This document shows positions 39,955 to 52,379 of a stretch of 64,000 nucleotides of DNA, piece by piece. Numbering within the stretch: the first letter of the stretch is position 1; every line of letters starts with the position of its first letter. The notes under the pieces were generated by a model that worked only from the letters and a program-made list of their open reading frames with translations, searched no databases and was not told the DNA's origin. The DNA is from Epiperipatus broadwayi. Lineage: Eukaryota; Animalia; Onychophora. The DNA lies in the NCBI GenBank assembly GCA_028023455.1, contig JAQFVV010000004.1, positions 17,608,001 through 17,672,000 on the forward strand, given 5' to 3'. Position numbers and translations under genes: made by a program.

Positions 39955-41517
39955 CTAGGCATCCTCCCTCTGACAATGGGCTAATCTCTTAAGGTCATTC
40001 TCTACCCCTTCATTAATCCTTAAGTCTATTCCTGCCACATATAAATTTTCAGCTTTAAGATGACATGATGATAAACGCACTGGGTTATGGCTAAGAGCAT
40101 CAGCTACAATGTTATCTGACCCCTTATAATGCTTTACCACATAATTATACTCTTCGAGATATAGGATCCACCGTACCAACTGACTATTTGTCAGATAACT
40201 ATGGTTAATAAATTCTAAACTCTTATGATCCGTAACCACAATTATTTTTGATCCCAACAACAATGTGCGGAGTTTTTGGAATGACCAAACAATGGCCAAA
40301 GCTTCCTTTTCTGTGGCAGTGTAATGCCGCTCTGGACCCTTGAGCAACCTACTTATGAAATACAGCACTTTTACCTGACCATCCTCTTGAATCTGTGATA
40401 CTGTTGCTCCCAGCCCATACCCGCTGCTGTCAGTCTGCACTACAAAAGGTTTCTCAAAATCGGGAAATGCCAGCATTACCCGTTTCATGAACCCTTGCTT
40501 CACCCTCTCAAATGCCTGGCTTTGCTTTTCACCCCACTCCCACACTACATCTTTTCTCAGTAACCTAATTAGTGGTTCCATATGTTGAGCAAACTGCTCC
40601 TGAAAACGGTTGTAGAAGTTACACATACCCAAAAAGGATCGTATCTGCTTTTTGGACCTAGGTATTGGGAAATCTTCAATGGCTGAGATTTTATCTGGGT
40701 GTGGCCGGACACCCTGCGATCCTATAAGGTGGCCCAAGAATGTAACTTCATCTTGAAATAGCACACCTTTCTTCAGGTTTACCTTGATCCCTTTATTCCA
40801 ACATTCCCTTAAAAACATTTCCACCTCTTTGGTATGTTCTTCCATAGTAGCCGATGCCACCAATATATCATCTACATACATTGTAACTATTTTCTTGACT
40901 TCAGCAGATAATACCTGATCCAAACATCGCAGTAAACCAGCCACACTGTTAATCAGGCTGAATGGCATACGGTTAAACTGATATGAGCAGCCGTCATATC
41001 TAAAGGCAGTATACTTACGATCTTCTGGATGCAGCCTTATCTGCCAATAGCTTGCTGTCAGATCAAATGTTGAAAAAAAAATTTTTCCTTTAAATCTCCC
41101 AAGTAATTCTTGCATGGGTGGTGGTATGTTACAATCTGGGACCGTGATTTTTTTCAACTGCCTCGCATCGAGACATAACCGTACGGAATTATCCTTTTTC
41201 TTGACGATGACTATCGGGTTACAATAAGCCGAAGAGCTTTTTGATATAATACCCCATTCCAACATTTGATCTATCTGCTCCTTCACCTGCTCCCTATATT
41301 GATGAGGAATTGGGTATGATTTTGCCTTAAATGGTTGGGTTTCATTTACTTGAATTCTTTGCTCAAACCCTGGGATCATGCCTGGCCTGTCTGAAAATAC
41401 CTGATTGTATTCCTTCAGTATCTTTCTTAGTATTTCCTTCCCTTCTCCCCCAGTTATCTTCACCTGGTCTACTTTTTCCATTATCAAATCATCATTGTGT
41501 TCAACAACAACTTTCAC
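39955..41517 (-). CDS. pol: Gypsy reverse transcriptase plus RNase H (520 aa)
   Basis: FDLTASYWQI, MYVDDILV, QTDSSGYGLGA, EKEALAIVW, TDHKSL and VADALS motifs. Confidence 0.95.
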   Translation of the reverse strand: MKVVVEHNDDLIMEKVDQVKITGGEGKEILRKILKEYNQVFSDRPGMIPGFEQRIQVNETQPFKAKSYPIPHQYREQVKEQIDQMLEWGIISKSSSAYCNPIVIVKKKDNSVRLCLDARQLKKITVPDCNIPPPMQELLGRFKGKIFFSTFDLTASYWQIRLHPEDRKYTAFRYDGCSYQFNRMPFSLINSVAGLLRCLDQVLSAEVKKIVTMYVDDILVASATMEEHTKEVEMFLRECWNKGIKVNLKKGVLFQDEVTFLGHLIGSQGVRPHPDKISAIEDFPIPRSKKQIRSFLGMCNFYNRFQEQFAQHMEPLIRLLRKDVVWEWGEKQSQAFERVKQGFMKRVMLAFPDFEKPFVVQTDSSGYGLGATVSQIQEDGQVKVLYFISRLLKGPERHYTATEKEALAIVWSFQKLRTLLLGSKIIVVTDHKSLEFINHSYLTNSQLVRWILYLEEYNYVVKHYKGSDNIVADALSHNPVRLSSCHLKAENLYVAGIDLRINEGVENDLKRLAHCQREDA

Positions 41518-41623
41518 AGCATGTGTTCTTCAACAACTTTCACAGCACCTATTGAACTATCCGTGCTATCCATTATAAATCCAACCACCTCCCCGTTACA
41601 CGTGGCTTGTCTACTTTCGTAGT

Positions 41624-42100
41624 TCAACTTGCACTTATATTTGTATAAAAAGTCAGTTCCCAATAAACATCACAAATCAAATTTTTCATCATTAGGAATA
41701 CATGGGGGCAACTTACTCCATGGATTTTGACATCCAGCCATATTTGTTTGGGTTCAACCTTGGGCGTTCTGTTGTTGGCCATTGCCACTTGTACAGCTTT
41801 CAATGGTAGAACAGGTATATTTGGTTGTTCTCTGGTGATTTTATAATACAATCTTTCTGTTATTACAGAGACCTGACTCCCTGAATCAATAAGCGCTTCT
41901 ACTTTGGTCTGTCCTGCTGCTATCTTTATTTTCGGACATGTTTGGCATGCATAATTCGGTAAGCGGTCCTCCCATGAACAAATTAGCTTCAACATGTGTT
42001 TTGAGTTCGGTTGCTGTCTGAATATTATGCCTTTCCTTTGGTCTATTTCCTTTTTCTCTCGAATCCGTCTCATTTCCGCACTTATTTCTATTTGACTCAA
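41624..42100 (-). CDS. Gypsy aspartic protease fragment
   Basis: ALIDSGSQVSVI active-site motif. Confidence 0.85.
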   Translation of the reverse strand: MSQIEISAEMRRIREKKEIDQRKGIIFRQQPNSKHMLKLICSWEDRLPNYACQTCPKIKIAAGQTKVEALIDSGSQVSVITERLYYKITREQPNIPVLPLKAVQVAMANNRTPKVEPKQIWLDVKIHGVSCPHVFLMMKNLICDVYWELTFYTNISAS

Positions 42101-42164
42101 TATCTCGTCTATTTCTTTAGATGGGTTATCTCATCCTTCCTCTAGCCTCAACCTTATCCTTATC

Positions 42165-42641
42165 TCATCCTTCCTCTAGCCTCAACCTTATCCTTATTGG
42201 CAGATTTCTGCAGACGGTCTTCACAATCTGTTTCTCTGACAAATTACATGATTCTAATGTCCTAAGTGTGGCTACTTGACACCTAAAAAAATGAACATAT
42301 TCCTCTGGTCCATCCTCTTGAAACTTCTCTCTTATCAATTGCCATCTAATGTTGCCCTGCCTTTCTTCACTCCAGAAAACTCTCTCTAGGGCTATCTTGT
42401 AATCTAAAAATGTCTGCGGTTGCTTTAGCAATGAATTCCACCAATCCATGGCGTAGTAAGACGCTATTATCGTTTTAACCTTGTCTGGTGTTCCATAACA
42501 CACAAAGTACCTTTGAAGACTCCTAAGGTGCTCTACTGGCGTCTCTTCCTTCTTCCCTCCATATACTTTTATGCTTATCAACTCCATCCTCTTTATGTGA
42601 TGTATATATATTTTTCTACGTGCTAGGTTCCAAAATCCCAA
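42165..42641 (-). CDS. gag: Gypsy gag (capsid-like), cut short by a 34-bp tandem duplication
   Basis: 158-aa ORF with retrotransposon-gag-like content (YAMDWWNSL...FLDYKIALERVFWSEERQ). Stop arises in the duplication at 42126-42193. Confidence 0.7.
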   Translation of the reverse strand: MGFWNLARRKIYIHHIKRMELISIKVYGGKKEETPVEHLRSLQRYFVCYGTPDKVKTIIASYYAMDWWNSLLKQPQTFLDYKIALERVFWSEERQGNIRWQLIREKFQEDGPEEYVHFFRCQVATLRTLESCNLSEKQIVKTVCRNLPIRIRLRLEEG

Positions 42642-43478
42642 ACACCCAAAGCACAGTGCTACCCCCTTCCCGGACTTTCTTATACCCTCAATATTGCTTA
42701 AGTATATATATTTATAATTTTACTGTGGACCGATCGATATTTCATTATGTTGTTTCGACTTACTCTTGTGTTTCACTTTTATAAAACCCCGTTTTAAAAA
42801 CTAGTACAGATAGACTATTGTTATTTCAAAGTTAGTTGCAAATTCAGAAATTGTTGAATGATTATAAAAGCAAAAAGTGAAAATATATTAAAAAGCAAAT
42901 TTCTTTTAAAACAACATTGATTTAATATATATATATATAATTATTTTTATCTGGTTATGACATCTTATAGTAATAAGTGACAGAAAGCCAAAATAATTGT
43001 TTTGCATCTAATTAAAATGGATCAATTATAAAGGTTAACCACTTAAAACACTCGTTTACTTTTTTCTTTCAAAATATCTATATTACTTTTTTTTTTTTTA
43101 AAAAAAAAAATCAATCGTGAACAATAAAACATTTACATTTGTTATTTACAAAAAAAAAATCCATAACAAACTGAAAGTTCTTTAAAAAAAAAAAACCAGT
43201 CTAACCTAAACTGATTACTTTATGAAACGCTTTTATCTTCTGCACTCAGTTGGTATTTTTCATATAGCCTAAAAAGTTTTTTTTTTTACTTATAAAACTC
43301 AATATTAACTACATCCAACTCTGCCAATATAATATAACTTCCGTTATTAGCTAAAACAATAATGATCTGACAAAACCGATATGTATACATTTATTTACTT
43401 TCTCAAAAGAAAAAATCATGCTAAATTCTTTCATATTTGTCTTTCCCTCATTGACCTACTTCTCTTCGATGTCCTTTT

Positions 43479-43490
43479 GTTGGGTCGCCA
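43479..43490 (-). promoter_or_regulatory. Primer-binding site
   Basis: TGGCGACCCAAC immediately after the 5' LTR. Confidence 0.8.
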
Positions 43491-45379
43491 TTATAACGGG
43501 ATTTGCCGTTTTCCATATATATATTACGCATATATGTAGTCTTGTATGATTACATGTATGTATATATAACGATACACGTATATGCGTAATGGTTTAAAAG
43601 AATATCTATTCTTAAATTATTCCATTTTATTGCCCAGCATATTTATGAGCATCAATTTATGACCTCAAGCGCCAATTTATGATCTCAAGCGCCAATCCCA
43701 TATTTCTATAAGAATTATGCTAGGAGAACTGGAATACCAATATGGAAATGCCCCTGGACTAGCTCCGCTCAGGGCTGGTGGTAAAATTTACTGGCAATAG
43801 ATCTAACTCTCTCTTTTTTTTATTTAAAAAAAAAAAAACTCATAACATAAAAACAAAACAAAAAAAAAACATTCATTTTATATACATTTATTAGCTATGA
43901 TATTATAAAAAAAAAAATATTATTTACTTAAGTTAAATTAGTATCTCTTTTAAACCAAAGATTCATATCAGTTCTCTTTTTTCATTGTTTGCTCCTTTCT
44001 CTTTTTGCCAAAACTCCCACACACACACATATGCTATTATATGTATTTTGCACCGAAGATTTAATTGGACTAATTTATACAGTAATAAATTCTGTAGTAA
44101 ATAGTTTGAACTCTCCGGGCAAAGAAAATAAATTTTAAATTCACAATTGTGTCAAATAAACAGTTTTCTCAAATTCGTGGAGTAAGCTTACTAATAGTGA
44201 CATATATAGATGTAATTAAAAGAAAATACCTGGTTTGCCTAAGGAATTGATCGAATCCTCTCGGTGAAAATGGAATTTCAGGTCCTTTGTCGGTGAACGA
44301 ACTTTGTTTTTTTTTTTTTTTTAAGTTCGGGTTCCATGGCTAAAGTCTGTTTATTTATTTTTCTTCTAGTAATTCAATATTGTTGCTTATTGAGGCGAAT
44401 TCTCGGGGCTTGACGTCGCTTCTCCGCTATCGGCAGCTGCTATACATTCGGGAGCAAAGGATTCGGACCATCCGCACCTTAAAGCCTCTACCCCAGCTCC
44501 ATGGCTAAAGTCTGTTTATTTATTTCTCTTCTGGTGATTCAATATTGTTGCTTATTGAGGCGAATTCTCGGGGCTTGACGTCGCTTCTCCACTATCGGCA
44601 GCTGCTATACATTCGGGGGCAAAGGATTCGGACCCTCCGCACCTTGAAGCTTCTACCCCAGCCTGACCATATTTTATCAAAATGTATATCACGTTGACCG
44701 TCCGCTTTCTTCTACCTCCAAACTTATACTTAATAATTAATTTAATTTTTCTTTTTATTCAAATTTATCTTTCTTTTCACTCTTTTTTTTAAATTATATT
44801 TCCATTCACATTCCATATGCCTTTGTTAAAATGCACCAGAAAAGCTTTTTACACCTATTTCTTTCCAATTAATATTTAATTAGTATTAGACAAATCCACG
44901 TATTTATAATAATTACTTCCATTGTTCTGCAAAATTAGTCTTCCATCTTGATATTTAAAGTTCTTTTGTTGACTTAAGATATATATATTTAAAAGTTTAT
45001 CAAACAAAATATTTTTTATTTTTATTTTGTGAATTTTTCATTTTTAAGGGTCCAAAAACGTACTCACACATATACATAGCGATGTGTATAGCTGGGTTTG
45101 GCAAAAGAGAGAAAAAATCAGAGCAAGTGTATAACCCCCCATACCTCTTCTATGAGTTCTTTTTAATTAAAATAACTAAATCAATTCTGTACAACCACGC
45201 AAATGACCGTTGATTGTACATCAAACTGTAAATATTAATTTTGTTAGTAAAGTAATATATATTTTTAATAATACGTTAGTAATAAGATATATATATTTTT
45301 TAATAATGCATTAAGTATACGAATATGTATTTGTCTAATTATCGCAACAGGGTTTGATTATACCTGCCCTGTTGCAACA
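43491..45379 (-). repeat. 5' LTR (~1.89 kb)
   Basis: Begins TGTTGCAACAG and ends ...CGTTATAA next to the PBS. Carries 165-bp and 20-bp internal duplications absent from the 3' LTR. Confidence 0.93.
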
Positions 45380-46538
45380 TATGTATATATATATATAAAG
45401 GTCAGGCAGAAACTCTTTCCCTATCTGCCAGACCAGGGCACCACTAGGTTATTAGAACTTAGAAAATTTATAAAGTAGGCAGATACGTAAGGGTAATGTT
45501 CAACTTCTATTTGACCAATAGCCCTAGCAATTAGCTCATGGAAGAGCTGAGTTTTATAATATAACATTTCGGACTTATTTTTAATTATAATATTTCAAAG
45601 TATTATTAATAAAGATAAAACAATAATGTCAGCACTAATAAGACAAACATTTATTATGCACACAACATATATAAACAGATTTGAGAATTAGATTATTTAA
45701 TATTTTTAGATATATTTAATCTTAATATTTATCTTAATATACACAAATGAAATTTTTTTATATAAATTAATATTTTCTAGTGTTACACATAAATAGACTA
45801 CATAGAATATGCAGTTAAAGACTTTAAAATCATTTAACCTTGGGCTACAAGTTCGCAGCTAAACCAATGCTATACTGACATAGCCATTGCAAAATGAAGA
45901 TGTTAGCATAAAATCACACTGCCAGGAATGTGCACCTGTAGCAGAATATTATTTAAGAAGTGATTTTCAACTACTACAGGAATGTGCGTCTGTCTGGTGA
46001 AAGAATCATATATAAACATATTGAGAAAGAAATGCTCCATATGGAGGGAGAGCGGTCTTTGCCGATTTATAGTCCCTATCCATAGAACTTAAGAAATCAA
46101 GCAGTTTAGGAAATACTTCTATTACCACTAACAATGTGATGGCATCACTTTTTAGGCCGTGAATTCAGCCAGGTACTATACCCTATATGTTAACGTGGCA
46201 TAAAAGGAGAATCTAATGAGCCACCCCAGATTACATTGATATAAAATGCCCGTACATCCCTCCAACAGCCTTGATTCAGCTATGAAATAAACAGTCCAAA
46301 ATTAAACCCACATAATCTAACCCAAACTTAATAGTAGCCATCTACACTTAACTTTAAATTTAGTAATTTAGTTAACAAAGATGGAAATATTGATAGCAAA
46401 CATTATACATAAAAAAAAAAAGAAATATTAATAAATAATTTAGAGTTCTTTTGCTTGCCAGATAAGAGCTTATTTAGAAGTTACAGTTTGGTTAATAATT
46501 CAAAATTTGTTTAAAATAGCTATTTAAAAGTTCTTATT

Positions 46539-46943
46539 GCATTCAAAAGTTTTATACTTCCCATGGTATATCTTGATGAATTCTCCGAATTGCAGCAGGT
46601 CCCAGCTATCACATTTTTATAGATTGTTCTCTTTGGAGATGAAACTGCTGCTTGCCATTTATTCAGAACTGTCATTTGAGGCCGCGTCAGTCAGCACAAA
46701 TAATGGAAACGAAATCTATTGCGAGGCCCCTACATCGCGGAGTTCGCAATACAGCTGCGAAATATTTTTAACCGGTTACCACCACTCAATCAATAATAAT
46801 AAAATCTTTTTATATTCTTTCTTCCTTTCTTTTTATAGTATCACGCATCCCTTATCACCAAATTTTCAGATCGATCGCTTTCCCAATCTGAAAATTTGCG
46901 AAGTTTATATTATACATTTCTTCATCGGAAATACTTTTTTTTT
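46539..46943. mobile_element. Unclassified CpG-rich ~405-bp insertion with a 9-bp flanking direct repeat
   Basis: gttcttatt at 46530-46538 and 46944-46952. 13-bp perfect hairpin (46859-46871/46886-46898) and a terminal T-run. Interrupts the integrase end of a decayed Gypsy. Confidence 0.5.
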
Positions 46944-46952
46944 GTTCTTATT

Positions 46953-49900
46953 TTAGATAGTAACAGGTTTGATAAATGCATACAATATTTTTGTCCAAAT
47001 AGTAACTCTACAGCATTCAGGGCAAAAGGATGATAAAACAAAACTTCTATAGTGCATTTTCATATCTTTAATTTTCATTTTGCTTAAGGCAGACTTCAAA
47101 CTTTGAACTGCCTTTTCCACAAGTTCATTAGAGGCTGGGTGGTAGGCTGAAGTAAGAACATGAAGTATCCCATTATCTGATAAATAGTTTTCGAAATCGG
47201 CAAAGGTAAATACTGTTCTATTATCAGATATGAGGATCTCAGAATAATCATAAGTAGCAAATATTTCCTGTAGGACTTTTATAGTACATTCAGTATTCAT
47301 GGTTTTGACAAACTTATATTCGATCCATCGAGAATATGAATCTACTATTATTAAAAATAAATATCAATTTATAGGTCCAGCAATGTCTATATGAATGCAT
47401 TTTATGGATTCTTAGTCTCTGTCCACAGTTTGTAAATTTTCTTCAGTAAATCAGTTGCAGATTGACAATTGTGGTAGGTTTTTAACATATGTTCAATTTC
47501 ACTATTTATATTAGACCATCAATGTGCAAGCACCTTCATCATTACTATTCCTGGATGTCCTTTATGTGATAGCTTTAACACCAATTTGCATATGTCCATT
47601 GATATCAAGACTGTCAAACTCTGTGTTCATTCCAGATCAACATAGCAATGGAACTTGGTTGACTATTTTGTCCATCCATAATGGATCCAACATTTCACCT
47701 CAATATATCCATAGTGTCTGTTTGTCCATTCAGCTACTTTGGAACTATCCATGTTTTCTAAAATATTATGTTCCATATGTTTAATTTTATAAACTTGCGC
47801 TGAGCTCTATCACTGGCAAGTAAATGTGATAAAGTGTCAGCATGTGCAATCTTCTTTCTTGGTTTGAATATTAAATCATAATTGTAGGCTGCTAGAATAT
47901 TAATCTATTTTAAAAATCACTGGCTTGCATATTTAGGTGTGTTTTTTATCTTTACTGAAAATTTCTGTTCATATACATATTGATGAAACTTCTTTACTGA
48001 AAAAATGACAGCCAAGGCTTCCTTGTCTAGATAACTATAATTTTTTCAATGATGATAAAGTTCTGAAGGCATATGCAATTGGACATTTGCCTCCATAAAT
48101 GACCCCAAATACTGAAGCATCTGTAGTAATCGTCATTTCTAGGTCACTCTGATAATGAACTAGGAGTTTCTCCAACAGAAGATCTTTTGCTTTCTGGATT
48201 GTGATTTTGTATTCTTCTGTTCATCTCCAACATTTCCCTTATGTAATAAATTGTACAATGGCATTAATATATGTGCTTTACTCGGGAAAAAAAACTTTCA
48301 TAGAAGTTTAGTAATCTCAAAAAGGTTTGTAAATCTTTTATGTTTTTTGGAGTACCAGTTTCTTTTACAGCTCTCAATTTTTCATGATTTGGGTACTTGC
48401 CATCCATATTTATTATATGCGCCAGAAATTTTATCTTCAAAGTTGCCCATATCCACTTGGCAGCATTCAATCTTGCACCAACTTTGTTTAGCTTTGAGAA
48501 TATTTCCATTACTCATTTATCCAGCTCTTTTTCAGTCTGGGTGGTGAATACAATGTCATCTAAATAGAGAATGTCTCCACCTATGTTTTGCAATAAATAT
48601 CTATCTTTGTTTGAAAGATATTTGGAGCTACTATGATCCCATATGGTAATTTATTACATTTGAACAGACAGATGTGAGCATTTAATATCAACAATTCCAT
48701 AATTCTCTTTGTAAATCGTATCTAATGAAACACAGACCTTAAAATCTATCTTTGTAAAGAATGAGGTTTTCTGTAAAGATGCTAACACCTCTCACATTCT
48801 TGGCACAGGATAAGTGCTTTTATTACTACATTTATTTACAATAACTCGATAACCACAAAGATGAATAGTTCCATCCGGTTTAACAATTATGACCACAGGG
48901 GTAGCCCATGACAAGTCTTCTACAGCTAATAACATCTTTTTTACCACATCCTCTATCATCTATTCAATCTCTAACTGGAAAGCATATGGAACCTTTCATG
49001 GTTTAAACACTGTAGATTGCATATAGTGGGATAATTTCACATTTACTGGACACATTCTTAATCCAGCTACTTCATAAATAGCTGAGGGAACTTAGAACGG
49101 ACCTCCATTTTTAATATAACTTTCTTAATTATTATAAGGCATATGCCTAATGGTCAGGAACAATTTCAACAGAGCAATGGACTAATATATCTCTTTATTA
49201 TAAAAAGTGGTAATAGTCCCAATTTGCTGTTTACCTTTACTGGAAATGAAACGTTTTCACAAATGTGTGTTTTATTTCCATTCACATCTGTCGCCAATAC
49301 ATCAGACTTTTCCCATTTTGCTCTATTTTTGTATTTAACATTGAATTTATTCCATTCCTTAAGAGATAGAATAGATAGTTAGGCACCTCTGTCAACTTAC
49401 ATATTGACTTTATTACCGCAAATGTCCAGTATAATTCAGCCATTATCTGAATCATTTAACATCTTTATTTTTACGTTTCTACAAGCTCACATCCTCCTGA
49501 TTTAAAGTCCGGATGTAGTTTGTCTTTTATGTCAGTATCCTTTTTCTTACAAACTCGAGTTAGGTGGCCTTTAATATAGCAAATATGACCTTTCTTCAAT
49601 CTAAATTTGCACAACTTCTTTGTAATTTATCCATTTAGCTCTATGTATAGTCAAATTTTTCCAGTCATTCACCACTCTTTGAAACTCCGATGCATTTTCA
49701 GTTGTTATTTCAAGTGCTATGCATTTTGCAATAGCCATCTGATAAATTAAGTCCACTTCACTTAACAAATATCTCCTAAAATTGTGGTCTAACAATCAGT
49801 GCAGCAATTGATCTAGAAGTATATCCCCCAAATCTGACGTAAATTCACATTGACTAGCTAATGTTCGCAATGCTAGATTGTAATTTTGATAATACCCACG

Positions 49901-50403
49901 ATGTAATTGTTTTTTCATCTGAAACAAACCACATTCTATTCATTACCATTGTCTGAAAATATGCACTAAGATTTTCTATTAATTACTTATATGGTATGTA
50001 CTCTGAGATTTTCAGATCACACAATTGTTTTGCTATTTGCAAGAAATCCCTATGGCAAAGAACAGAAAAGTGAAAATTTTAACTTTATCTTCCTCTATTT
50101 TATTTATCCATATATAGTGGTTGATATATTCGACATATGTATTCCATGATGTAGGATTGTTAATATCAAATTCTCAAAAATTTTGCATGGGAAAGGCCAA
50201 CATGTAGTTACTCTGCATTTAATTTTTTAACTGCACCATTCTATATTCACCGTAGTTTTCAGAGGGTTCATTATAAACTGCATCCACCTTGGGTTTGCCC
50301 AGGTTTTTCATAAACTGCAACCATTTTCTGTTTGCTTGACTGACTGTGATTTTTTACTGCACTGCCCCCCCTCCCCCAACTATTCTCTCTATTCATTTGC
50401 CAG
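46953..50403 (-). mobile_element. Decayed Gypsy/Ty3 (Mag-like) internal region
   Basis: CCHC knuckle CYIKGHLTRVC (~49550-49582), RT fragment ORF 48264-48509, RNase H remnant, and integrase ORF 46953-47300 (SDN..F...YHPASNELVEKAVQ). LTRs not identified. Confidence 0.8.
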
Positions 50404-51882
50404 GTGTACTCCCAGTTCTTTAACAATAGCATTTTCTAGAGTGATCTACTTTGCAGGAGAAACAATACAAGTACTGTCTATACAATTTACACAGATTGAA
50501 TAATAACTTCATTTACATACTGTTCTGTCACAATACTTATAAACATGTATACAGACAAAATTCATTAAAGATTCACTGAGTATTTATTAAAAAAAAATCA
50601 CTTACTATAACAACTTATTAGTGATTATTACAAATTCAAGCTTACCACAACTTATTATTTTATTAAAATAAAGGAGTATTTAAATTTAAAATTATATGCA
50701 AGGCAAAAAAAATTGATTGACTGAAAGATATCTGTTTAGTTCTTTAATAATATTAAGGTTTAACCAATTAATAGTAATAATTTTTTCAATACATGTTTGA
50801 ATCCTGGGCTTTTTAATAGGTTATAATAATATATGCAGATCAAACTAACAAATCTTGCAAAGAAGTTGTGGATTTTATTTCAATGCTCTGTGTTAATTAT
50901 TATATTTTGATTATTTTATGATGATGATAATAATCTCTTTCATGATGTTTAAAATTATTTAACTCTCAAATTTGCCAGAAAAATGAATAAAAAAATAAAG
51001 ATTCTTCCATTTCATTGTTGAACTTAACCATCAATACTTTTTCCTTTATGACTCACGAATACACACACACACACACACAAATATATGTGCATAGTTGAAT
51101 ATATATACATTTAAAAAAAAAAACTTATTAAAGTAAAATATTAATTTATATTATCAGTAATCCATAAAAAGAACCAATAATCCAAAGATCACTTCCAAAG
51201 TAAGATTTACTGGCTTATTATATCAAAGATAATCATTTTATTACTGGGAAGTCATTTGACATTCAAGCACCCCAGATTGAGCTTGACATTGCCATCCAAA
51301 TGACTAAACTGAAAGTCTTTTTATTTTCATTTTTGTTTACATTACTTAACTGAAAATCAATGCTGGAATCTTTAGCACCGAGGCTCTTATTTTATAAGGG
51401 CTTTAATCACTTTGATGAACTAATAAATATTTGATGATAAAGCTATATCTAAAGACATGTTTCATCAAATTTTTTGATAGCTGCAAAACAAAGTTTAAAA
51501 AAGTATGCTGCATTTTATTAACTGGCACAGTTTTAATATTTTTTAAAAGTTTCATTAATTTTTTTTAGTCAATTTTATTGCAAATAGCATATATAATGTA
51601 AAACTTATTTGGATAAAAAAAATGTAAAAGATATTCATTTTATTGACATTCATAAATGAAAAGATGAACATTATTACTGAAACTATAAGTTATTCTCATT
51701 ATCAGTTTCCAATATTTTGATTCATAGTCATATAAGAAGAAGAAAAATAACTAAAGTAGTGAAACAACAACCATATTTATAATATAATTATTATATCATT
51801 TACATAAATATTTAAAAGAGGTATAACATAAAAGCTATGTTTTGCTTTTTTACATTTCATTTAAAAATATTATAAACCATAC

Positions 51883-52038
51883 CTGTAAGTTCCACAAATG
51901 GAATTACAGCATTGAGATTTTGATCCAGACTTATGACGTAGACAACAGATGCTTTTCCAAGAGGAGTGAAGGTCATAGCATTTAACATATGTAAAATAGC
52001 TAAAACTTCTGGATCATCAACTTCTTTCTTACTTGCAT
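51883..52038 (-). CDS. VIRMA: Virilizer/VIRMA internal exon, 156 nt, phase 1 to 1
   Basis: Acceptor poly-T taatttgcag, donor gtatgg. Reads (D)ASKKEVDDPEVLAILHMLNAMTFTPLGKASVVYVISLDQNLNAVIPFVELT, versus recalled human TDHSDLLGTLHNLYLITFNPVGRSAVGHVFSLEKNLQSLITLMEY. Confidence 0.88.
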
Positions 52039-52379
52039 CTGCAAATTAAAAAAAAAAAAATTATTAATAATATCATGAATATGAATTTTTAAAAATCTTC
52101 ATAAACACAATAATAAAACACAATATATATTTTTTACTTTCAAAGACTATGAAAATTAAATATTTCTTAATACAAAAATTGTTCACCCTGAAAAATAGTG
52201 TTAGTCAGCAGATAAGATATTTAAATCATCCAAATTAACAGCCAATCACATATGAGCTTCAAAAGATGCAAGTATAAAATTTTCATCTTAAAATAATTCT
52301 ACCAGAATTTCATTCATACATGGTGGTTTTTTTTTACCAATTTTAAAACTCATTTTATTTCATTTACCGATAGTTCATA

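Larger units (their letters stand above)
37017..45379 (-). mobile_element. Near full-length Gypsy/Ty3 LTR retrotransposon (no env seen)
   Basis: Two highly similar LTRs, PBS, PPT and gag-PR-RT-RH-IN order. Inserted in TA-rich DNA, so the TSD is ambiguous (tata at 37013-16, tatg at 45380-83). Confidence 0.95.

Noticed and set aside
39480-39992. 170-aa plus-strand ORF (also 41331-41555)
   Set aside because: Antisense shadow of the Gypsy integrase/pol with no recognisable motifs.
45400-46500. Possible LTR of the decayed Gypsy at 46953-50403
   Set aside because: No matching second LTR was recognisable beyond 50403.
46537-46956. 139-aa plus-strand ORF
   Set aside because: Non-ATG start, low-complexity F/L/S/Y content, and it coincides with a non-coding insertion.
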